From Hydrolagus affinis (taxonomy: Eukaryota), in contig JAAILG010000337.1 in assembly GCA_012026655.1 (NCBI GenBank), forward strand, positions 1-64,000: a stretch of 64,000 nt of DNA, read 5' to 3'. How positions within the stretch are numbered: the stretch's first letter is position 1; the number at the start of each line of letters is the position of its first letter. Below the pieces are notes generated by a model that worked only from the letters and a program-made list of their open reading frames with translations, searched no databases and had not been told where the DNA came from. Shown here in pieces: positions 1 to 64,000 of the stretch. The translations under genes and the position numbers were made by a program.

Positions 1-280
1 TCTGTCTGTCTATCTGTCTCTGTGTGTCTCTTGCTGTCTATTTGTCTCTGGCTGTCACTCTGTATGTGTGTCTCTCTCACTGTCTATCTGTCTCTCTCAC
101 TGTCTGTCTGTCTTTCTGTATGTACGACTCACTCACTGTCTGTCTATCTATCTGTGTGTGTGTGTGTCTCTTGCTGTCTATCTGTCTCTGTCTGTCTCAC
201 TTTATGTGTGTCTCTCTCAGTGTCTATCTGTCTCTGTCTGTTTCTCTCTGTCTGTCTCTCTTGTCTTTTTCTGTCTCACA
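1..280. repeat. Degenerate (TCTG)n/(TG)n/(TC)n low-complexity tract
   Basis: Directly visible; explains the S/L/C/V-rich ORFs at 22..513, 24..737 and 68..325. Confidence 0.9.
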
Positions 281-282
281 CA

Positions 283-645
283 TCGACTGCAGGTGGCTTC
301 CAGATGCACCACCCTACCTCTCTGACCTCCTCTCCCCTCAAAACAGCACCCGTTGCCTTCGCTCCTCCAATTCTGGTCTCCTCCTTGTCCCCCAAATCCT
401 CTGCTCCACCATCGGCGGCTGTGCCTTCAGCCACTATGCCCCGAAGCTCTGGAACTTCCTTCCTCACTCCCTTCGCCTTGCCCCCTCTCTTCCTAGTTTC
501 AGTTCTCGGCTAAAGATCTTTCTTTTCGACCGTGCCTTCGGTCACCTTTTCCCCCTGGTTTGGCCCCGGGATCTGTTATTATTGTACAGTGCTCTGAGAC
601 ACCGCCCGGCGTGGAAGGTGCTATATAAGTCAAAGTTGTTGTTGT
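283..645 (+). mobile_element. L2-type LINE 3' end
   Basis: Translates [40 protein letters not shown], typical of the L2 ORF2 C-terminus; ends in AAGGTGCTATATAAGT..(GTT)n. Confidence 0.85.
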
Positions 646-972
646 TTAATGTTATATTCTTGTTACTAAATACTGTACTTCAGTTTGTTGCTGAAAATCC
701 TAACAAACTTAAAAACAATAATAACCCCTCCAAATGACACACAGGCTTTCAAGTCAGTAGGATCTCTCAAAGTGCTTCAGGGGGTTTACTGTAAAGTGTG
801 ATAGCTGCATATATTTGTAGGAGAACCTGACAGCCTAATTGCACACAGCGACATCCACAAACTGCCTTTATTCCTCATAAGAATTTGTTGGGAGAAAAAA
901 GACCAAGATCCATCCAATTTCTCTTCCCACCATCCTGACAGTCGCTTGACATGTCATGACCCACACTATGTA

Positions 973-1078
973 CAGTAGAAGCCCGTTTATCCGTGACTCG
1001 ATGAACCGGCACTTCCATAATATAACCGGCACGCCCAAAAAAAAGTCCCCATTCGATGAACCAGAACTTATCCGGAAC
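973..1078. mobile_element. One end of a Tigger/pogo-like MITE, same family as 9195-9402 but in the opposite orientation
   Basis: TA+CAGTAGAAGCCCGTTTATCCG terminus; about 105 nt align to the reverse complement of the right end of the 9195-9402 copy. Confidence 0.75.
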
Positions 1079-1749
1079 AATAGCGGTGGAGCATTTGTGA
1101 GTCATTGTCGCGCAGGTGCAGTATTTCGGTTTGCCGCTAGTAGAGTCTAGGGTTATCGGCTTGCCTGTGTACAAAATTGGCTTTTGTGTTCAATCACAAA
1201 ATTAATTCAGTTGCACCTTATACAGTATTAAACTTGTACTGGGAAGCGGCTTGAGATGTCTTGACTATGTGATTAAGGCGCTATGTCAAATGCAAGGATT
1301 ATTATTAGAAGTGTTGAATAGCTGATGAGGAAACTGAGGCTTGGATCAGCAGGTTCTGGAGGTGATTACCTAGAGTCCAGGTACATAAGGTGCATTTGTA
1401 TATTCAAAAACAAAATTACATTTATATAGTAGCTTCACCCTGGCCTCCTTCAAGTCCCGCCTCAAAACTCTCCTCTTTGATGGTCCGTCAGCAACTCCTA
1501 ATCCACCCCCTCCCCCCCCCCCAGCTCAGGTCTGCCACAGTGACTGTCCAAAGCCTTGGGATGTCCTGATGTGAAAGGCGCTGTGCAAGTGTAATGTTGT
1601 TGTTGTTATCAGGTCTTTGAAACGTCTCAAAACACTTCACAGAATATACCATTTCGTATATTGCTGGCAAACTACTGGCAAAAGCTATTCAATCGACCCT
1701 CTGTTGGTTGTGATTGGTATTGCAGTACTTGCAATCTGAGAAGTTTGAT

Positions 1750-2260
1750 CTGTCCTCACGAAAAGGAAGCAGTGATACTGGAGGGCTTTGTGCAGGGAGA
1801 GGAAAGAATGCCTTGGAGAGAAGAGGGAGGATGCAGCTGGGGCAGTAGTCAAGGAACATTTGTTTGAGTGGAGTGATGTCAGCTGTTTTGAAGGGCGAGG
1901 AACTGTGCCAATGCAGAAAGAGACGTTGGCAATGTCTGTTAGCGGAGGGCTAAAGGAGGAGGGGCTTGGAGGTCATGAGAGGATGGAGTCGAGGGAACAC
2001 TTGGTGGGTTTTATTCAGGATATGATGGAGGAGATAGAAGAGATAGAGCTGAAAGTTATATAGAGTGATGGGTGGAGGCCAGAGAGGGGTTTAAAAAGGA
2101 CATGGGAGCACCAAGGGCAGACTTGGCTGAGAGGATCTTCTCGATTTTAGACCCATGATTTCATATTTGAAGTTGAATAAAACTTTGGCAATGGAGCTGG
2201 TTTGTGGTGTAGAAGAGTGGCCAGGGTTGTTCTTGGCCTTGAGGTGTCTTAAAGTACTTG
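1750..2260 (-). mobile_element. Degenerate L2-like LINE internal fragment
   Basis: Purine-rich + strand typical of antisense L2 ORF2; no intact frame. Confidence 0.45.
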
Positions 2261-2399
2261 ACTGGCCAAAAATAAGGAAGATAGGTAAATAATAAAAATC
2301 CATGCATTTGATATTGCACTTTATCACGTTTTCGAGACATCTCAAAGCACTCCGGTGAATATACTGCAAAGTGAATTGCCTATTTTCCTATTGCCTATC

Positions 2400-3095
2400 A
2401 CTGCCTCATCCCTCAGGCTGCCGAAACCCTAGTCAACGCATTCGTCACATCAAGACTCAACTATGGAAAATCCATCCTCATCGGCTTTCCCCGCTCTTCC
2501 GTTCACAAGCTGCAGATTATTCAGAACTCTGCAGCTTGTGTCCTCTCCCACACTAAGCTCAGCGACCACATCATTCCCACCCTCGCCCAGCTCCATTGGC
2601 ACCCCATCCCCCAGAGGATTGAATTCAAGATCCTCATACTCACTTTCAAGGGCATTCATGGAATTGCCCCCTCCTATCTCTCCTATCTGCTGATTCCCTA
2701 CAAACCATCCCGCGCCCTCCGTTCAGCAGGCTCCGGTCTGCTCCATGTCCCCTGCCCAACCTGCCCTATCATCGGTGGATGGGCTTTTAGCCTCTCTGCC
2801 ACCACACTCTGGAACTCCGTCCCACAGTCCCTTCACCTTACTTCCTCCCTTGCCTCCTTCAAGGCTGGTCTCAAGACCCTCCTCTTCGATTGTGCCTTCT
2901 GCTGCCCTCCCAGCTCTCTCCCTCCCCACCCAATTCTCTGGCTCCCCTCCCAACTCTCAGGCTCCCCTCCTAACTTTCTTCTTCCCCTATCCTGCCCCTC
3001 CTCCTTGCTTGGGTCTTGAGCTGAATGTTCAGTGCCTTGGAACATCCTCCTGACGTGAAACGCGCTCTAAAAAAATGTAATTTTGTTGTTGTTAT
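2400..3095 (+). mobile_element. L2-type LINE 3' fragment
   Basis: Similar to 283-645 (CTCTGGAACTCC..CTCAAGACCCTCCTCTTCGA); tail GTGAAACGCGCTCTA..(GTT)n. Confidence 0.8.
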
Positions 3096-3601
3096 TTTGT
3101 AAGCAAAACGCGGCAACCAATTGTACCCAGCAGTGGCTCAGAAATGTAAGATGGGTGTAATGTTTGATTATGATCCTCCCAACAATTTTCTAATGGGTCA
3201 GATTTGATGTCAGTCTGATTCACTTGATAGCACATTCATCTCTGAGTCAAAGTGCCACATGTGCACAAATTGGCTGCTACATTCACCTATTAAAAAATGC
3301 ACAGTCGCTGCACTTCATATTGAATCCCATGATGTGCTTTAGATAGCCTCCCAAAGTGAAAGATGCTGTATCAAATGCAATGTTTATTATTATTTGTAAT
3401 GTTACAAATAATAACATTACAAATAATAATTTGTAATTGACTTCCTATGTATTTATAAACATTACAAATAATAATTTCTGATTGACTTGCTGTGCATTTT
3501 CAGTACTCTTCTGTTAGGTTTTCCAGAAACATAACAACTTAATTTATCATCTTGTTCTTTTCCTATCTTCAGCATAGCAGCATTAACTGGATTTTTTTTA
3601 A

Positions 3602-58016
<54,415 letters not shown>

Positions 58017-58410
58017 AGCTGTAATGCTGACTGTGGTTGGCTCTTGCTGACATATTTTAATTGATGACGTAACTTCTGTAAAGCACTTCTATCGTAATTA
58101 AGTGCCGATTTCCCTGTGTGTTCCTCCCTTGTATTGGTTTCAGTTCCAATAATATGGATTCACTTTGGGCACAATATCTTGAGAAAACGTGTGTACCCTC
58201 CTTGTGTTGTCTTTAAATGTTGGTGAAGCTTGAATACTCTGACATCGGCCTTTGATGTGTTCTAATCATTATCAGAATGGATAAAGTTTGTGGATAATTA
58301 CCGTTTAAAGTAGTTTTGCTTTCTGATCTGTGGCTGTAAAATGTACCTTTTTTTTGATCATGGTGTTTCTATTAATGATCCTTAATCCGAAAAACTGTTT
58401 TGGCTGAATA

Positions 58411-58416
58411 ATTAAA
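58411..58416 (+). terminator. Candidate proximal polyadenylation signal ATTAAA
   Basis: Variant hexamer about 395 nt after the stop codon. Confidence 0.5.
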
Positions 58417-58639
58417 ATTCTTCATATAATGCCTCATTGTGTGATCAAAATGCCTCGCTTCACAAGGTTCAGTATAAAGGGTGAATGATGTACTGTAAAG
58501 CGTAGTGCAGTATCTATACAAACCATCAGATGGTTTTGAATTGAAGCTCAGGAGATTTCTTAACTGAAAAATATCAAAAATTTAGTTTCCCATCAAACAA
58601 TGTGAATTGATTTAGTGTAGCTACTTTTGAAAGCTTGAT

Positions 58640-58645
58640 AATAAA
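58640..58645 (+). terminator. Candidate distal polyadenylation signal AATAAA
   Basis: Canonical hexamer about 625 nt after the stop codon, with T/GT-rich sequence downstream. Confidence 0.45.
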
Positions 58646-60859
58646 AGGAGGTTTTCCATATTACGGCACAATATAAATGACACAGAACTTTCTTCCTCCC
58701 CTGAATCTGTTGTTTCTTGACACTGAAAAATCAATTTGAAATGAACGGCTTTTGTCTGGCTCTGACTTGTACCATATTGTGTTTTGATTTATATTGTATT
58801 GTCATCGTCAAAATGTCAGTGCTTGGGAAGTGAAACATTTTCTATCTACGGAATGTCCACATCAAACGCTTTCAGATCAGACAGAGGAATGTTAGTACAG
58901 GCACTAACCATGTATGGACAGCACATTACGATGCTTTTAAAAAGGCTGGTGGTTTATTGTAACCAGCGTTTGATTACAAATGCCCTTTTTTTTACAAAAA
59001 ACGCATGCCTCCCCTCATACCATCTGCATTCTGGATAATAATAATTTATCAAACCCAGAATTCATTTTAGTACTAGAGAGTCACACAATGGATAAGCAGC
59101 AGAATCTTTTTTTTTTTTTAGTGGCTCCATAGTGACTGTCCGTACAGCACTGCCCAGCACAGCATCAAGCTGGCCGGAGAAATAATACAAATATTGTAGG
59201 GGCAGCAGGTGGCCTCTGTTTCCTTGTGCTAGCAAGGGTACGTTTCTCGCTCTGTACAATCCAGTACCCACCATTCCACACACATACCCTCACTTTCCCT
59301 GTGGCTGTTCAGGCTCACACATGAAAAGGTCACTTGGGTTATATGAAGCTGCTGGTGTCTATGAATCTGCGCCTCAGCAAACTTGTGCAATGGCTCTTGA
59401 GCAAATTGGGAAGGATATGTGACTTTAGTAAGGTCTGTACCTTTTATTATTTTATTCATGCCTCGGAAGGGAGGACTGAAAGTGATGGATAAACCATTCC
59501 TATACGTGCCTCAAACTAACTGATATGTTAAAAACATTTCAAGTCACAGCTTCATACCTTTCAGTGTATGTTAGCATGTCATAATTCAATTTCCAATAAT
59601 GTGGTCAGTTCCCCGAATCACTCGAGTCAGTTGCCCGTAGTTAGGCAGAGAATTTCAGGGTGAGTGGCTCACTCATTTCTGTTCTCATCAGTCCCAAGTA
59701 TTCAAAGGGAAATGCCAGCAAGAGATATTTGACAGGGTGAGAATGGCCTTAAACAGGAGAAAAAATATGCACATAATTATTTTTTGACTGTCCTAATCTG
59801 GTTTGTCTGATTTTTACTGTTTGCTCAGTTTGGTGGCTGTTTGAAAGTCAAATCCATCCATTCGATGAAGAGCATCTAGATTTGGAGCCTGTAGTTGAAG
59901 TTAAATGGAATTTGGGGATATTTAAGCACAGTTGTGATTTAAAGCAGCAAAGAGGAAAATCTGCAATTTCTTTGCTGTAGAAAATTGAACAAAATTTAAA
60001 AGAAGTTTGTATTTGGATTTTCCAATGAGTTTACCTTTTATTGATTAGTCTTTAAAAAGTTGAAAATGCTTTACTTAAAATTAACTTTTGAAGTGTAATA
60101 ATGATATACCAGCATGAGGTGGGCTACAGTGAAAGCATTAAATCAAATCCTCTTGACAGAAGTGTATGTCTTTTGGGGCAAGTTAGTGTGACCCCAATTT
60201 CAGTAGTATTAGGAGTTTACTACAGAGAAGGTCATGAAAGGTAGCCCAGGGCCAGGAGAGCTAACAGCTTAGAAATAATCGTATATTGACCAGCCTTCTA
60301 TTTTGAAAGGCTTAACCCACCAGTTGCCAAAACTGTGGAGAAGTGCTGAAGTGCAGGGGCCTCTTGTGGGTCAACAAGATCAATATCTAATCTACTGAGT
60401 CTTGTAGCGGAAGTGATGATCAATTCAAGGCTTTTAATGACTTTACTCATAGAGCAGGATAATCTGCTCCAGATGCACTGTACCTCAGCAGGTGTGCTGG
60501 TCACCAACACCAGGAGGCCAGCTTTATCCCGCTCACCGCCGCCTTTTGTGACTTAGTATTGAAGCATCCTCGTGGATGGAGGTACTCTGACTGTGGCCAG
60601 AGATTTCTATTATCTTTGACTCTCTTCTTCATCTCCTCTCCATTCAGTGCTCCAGAGTTGTTGGGATGGGAGAGGTCACTAAGCCAATTGCTGAACCTGC
60701 TTATTTCTCTATCTTTGGCTGCATGGGATGAGCAATGAAACAACATAGGGGAGCATGCATTTATGGGAAGTTTTCACATAAAACTACACAAAGCAGTGCC
60801 GAGACAATGGTAATGCTGGAGCAAGAATTAAGGAATTTAGAGGTGGATGATGAAATGAC

Positions 60860-61273
60860 AATAATCCTTCCATTTGATATAGAGTCTTATCACATCTTCC
60901 AGATGTCTCAAAGCGCTTCACAGGATACATAGTGAAGTGATTCCATTGTATATTTTGTGGGCCATACGCGGCAGCCGATTGCGCACAGCAATGTCCCTCG
61001 AACGCTCATGGGTTAAGTGCCCACATTTTTTTGTTGTTTTTGAAGGGATTCTTATCTCAGGGGAAAAAAACACCAATTGACTCAACAAGCTTGTGGAGTA
61101 AGAAAAGTATGAATTATAGGAATTAAGTAAATTACGTGAAAAAAGGAGATTATGAACCAACACAGATTTTTCACCAATTCATAAACCGCTCAAGCTTTCG
61201 TCCCACCCGGGATTCAAACCCAGGTCCTCCTGCTTTGCTTGCGAGTGTTCTAACCATTAAACTACAGGACTCC
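60860..61273 (-). mobile_element. Full-length tRNA-derived SINE, long variant
   Basis: Reverse-complement head GGAGTCCTGTAGTTTAATGGTTAGAAC..GGGTTTGAATCCC (A and B boxes); shared tail. Confidence 0.85.
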
Positions 61274-61741
61274 ACAATTATCTGTCTTAAACAGTGAATG
61301 TTGGCATAAGTGATTGTGTGAGTGACCACATATGCGTTTCACATTAAATGCATTTCCAGCCAGTCACAGGACAATGGGAACTGACTTCACCTTTTGCTTA
61401 ACCAGGGACTCTCCATTACTTCCTTTACCCCCCCCCCCCCCGCCATCACCAGGCCCAGAGCAGCTCAGTCAACACAGGTCAGGGAGCAGCACAGGCTGTA
61501 GGTAACACACCTCTATTGTATTATCCTCTTAACAGCCAGTTTATGAAACGCATTCCCTCTGTGTACTGACCTGCACTTACATACAAACAAGTAAGTGGCT
61601 GTGGTATACTGTGTGCTGGGACGCTGTGTGTAGCGCCCTGGGATGTCTTTCTGATGTGAAGGCCACTACAAGTGTGTTTGGTTGTTTGTTGCTACACTGT
61701 GCGCTATACTGTGTGGACCCTGCGTGTAATGTAATCTGTAT

Positions 61742-61841
61742 NNNNNNNNNNNNNNNNNNNNNNNNNNNNNNNNNNNNNNNNNNNNNNNNNNNNNNNNNNN
61801 NNNNNNNNNNNNNNNNNNNNNNNNNNNNNNNNNNNNNNNNN
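61742..61841. other. Assembly gap, 100 N
   Basis: N run. Confidence 1.
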
Positions 61842-63454
61842 TCTTAACCTAGCTTCATTGTAACAATACTATCTTCTATACGGTGTCTGAGGCTTCCAGC
61901 TTATTTACTGGGATCAGAGAGTGGAAATTAGACACAAAACAAATGTCCCCAAGGGGACAGCTGGAGGAGAGTGATGTGTAAAGACTGAAGAATAGAGAGA
62001 TGTCTCAAGAGTTGCAGAGAGTACTTTTATCTGGCCACACAATACTGGTCAGTGACCTCCTCCTTCTCAGGTTTGGTCATTTCAAAAGACGGAATTAAAC
62101 AATAAAAAAGGGAAAGGTGAAATTAGCTGGAGTCCCGCTGGAGGGGACGGAGGGTGAGAACAGGGAACTCTTGTGGACTTTGGAAATTGGAGAATGCCAG
62201 CTATCCCCCGATACCAGTCACGAAGAACAGATTTGGGATAATAGGAGCGCAGTGACCCTGTGACCCGAAGCAGAATATTGCCATGTTTAGCCAGGATGGT
62301 ATCAGTGGCACAGGCAGTGATGACACTAAATCATTCAGCCTGGGAAAAGGTGCAGAATTTAACTTATCTGCAATTTTACCCTGTAGACTAACACAGCCAG
62401 CTTTAATCATAATCCTTGCATTTGATGTAGCCTTTTATCACTCCTTCGAGACGTCTCCGAGCACTTCACAGAATTTACCGTAAAGTGAATTGACTATATT
62501 TTTGGCTGGATTACTTGAGCTGCTTTTAAAAGGGGGGGAATCTGCTGCCACTGTTTACTTTCGGATTCTCTCGATTTTTTGCTCGATTCTCTCGAGCTAC
62601 TCCTGAGGCTCGGCCGTGCCGTGAGCAGCTCCGCACTCTTTGCCAGGCAATGAGGTCATCATCACAGCCAAAGCCGCTCAGAGTTGGGAGGAACAGCATC
62701 GGTGACCTCCATTAACTCAGCATCTCTTTCAGGCTGTTGTTTACCAAAGAGGAGAAACAACAAGGGATGCAAAGAGTTTTCCCGTTGCCTCCTGCCCAGC
62801 TGCTCCGAACAGGAACTCCAGATTTGCCAGCACAACATCTACCGATGACCGCTGCACCGGTCATATTAAATTGGCCAAACGCTCATCGTTTCTGACGGCA
62901 AAATTCAAGCCTCTTGGTCATGAGTTGCACCTTTGGCTTTAGACTAATGCTTTGGAACTTTTAACGCAAAAAAAACCCCCGAACGAATAGAGCTCAGCGG
63001 GTATTTAGACTGTGTATTTGTGTGGGTGTGTGCCTCAGACCTCTATAATGATCTGTGTGCAATCATAGGCTGCAGTCAGCCTCTCACCTCAATGGGACCC
63101 TGTAGCCCACCCAGGCAGTTGTAGTACATGATTGTTACAGTTTGCCACATGTGATCTTTCATCTTTGGATTACCGGCTAATGCACTGATATTACTGATCC
63201 CTGTTTCACCTCAATGTTGCCCCTTGTCGGACCTGCCTTCTATTTTGAGCAAAGGGAACAAGGGACAGTAATGATGGGCATTAGTGCCTCCAGTCACCTG
63301 CTCTGTTGATTTGAAGTTGCCGGCCACTTTGAGATTAGATTAAGTGGTTTTCGCGCATCTACACCTCTAACTTGCGCCTCAGGTGAGTTGCTGACTTGTG
63401 GCCAGTGGCTGCTGTGCCAGTGGTTTGGGAACGAGCTGGTTGATGCCCTGCAAA

Positions 63455-63858
63455 ATACACATCAATTCACTTTACAGTATATTCTGTGAAGCGCACTGAG
63501 ACAGACGTTCTGAAGACGTGATAAGACGCAATGTCAAATGTGAGGAATATTATTATTTACGCACCTCGAGCAGGAATTGTGGGTTTCAAGGTGGGAGTTG
63601 ATTGGAAATTCATTTCATGTGAAACACAACAAGGTCCTCAATGCAGACGACGTAACAATAATAATCCAGAGTCTTGTCACGTCTCAAAGATTTCTCAGAT
63701 CACTTCAGAGGATTCTTTACTACGAAGTGGTGCGTTTTGTTGGTGAACACAACATTTGCCCACAAGATACACAGTCACTACACTTCGCGGCAAACCATGT
63801 GAAGTGCTCCTCCTTGCATGAAAGGTGCTGTATCAAATATGAAGATTATTATTATTAT
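63455..63858. mobile_element. Cluster of three SINE tails in +, -, + orientation
   Basis: Tails at about 63455-63557 (+), 63655-63745 (-) and 63755-63858 (+). Confidence 0.7.
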
Positions 63859-64000
63859 ACGAGTAGAAAGTGTTCCCGGCAATACGGTATACAAAGCGAC
63901 GCTGTTCCCTATAACGTACACAGAGGGCGCTGTTCTCTATTTCGTGTTCAATGTCAGAAATGTCGAGATCAAAAGAGGACCTTTTGGCCCATCCGATCTC

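Noticed and set aside
22-737. Long ORFs of 163 and 237 aa at the window start
   Set aside because: Stop-free microsatellite fused to an L2 3' relic; not a gene
1-3550. ASS1 promoter or non-coding first exon
   Set aside because: Mostly repeat fragments; no CpG island or convincing exon and donor found; probably upstream of the window

Overview
Eukaryotic (vertebrate) genomic DNA. The repeat content (DeuSINE-type and tRNA-derived SINEs, CR1 and L2 LINE relics) points to a cartilaginous fish such as a chimaera or shark; this is an inference, not a database match. The window holds the complete coding part of one gene, argininosuccinate synthase (ASS1), on the + strand: 14 coding exons from ATG at 3620 to TAA at 58016, all GT-AG, 1245 nt, 414 aa, with internal exon sizes and phases equal to those I recall for human ASS1. 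The non-coding first exon(s) and promoter were not found and probably lie upstream. The rest is intronic or intergenic: about 30 SINE copies or tails sharing one 3' end, a 1.6 kb dead CR1, many short CR1/L2 ends, Tigger/pogo-like MITEs, microsatellites and four N gaps. Nearly all ORF-track entries are spurious. I found no convincing novel system. The best second-look items are modular SINEs with a shared tail and inverted pairs, two candidate poison micro-exons, a weak AAG acceptor, unusual substitutions in ASS1, and several enhancer-like intronic blocks. Repeat boundaries were read by eye and are approximate.
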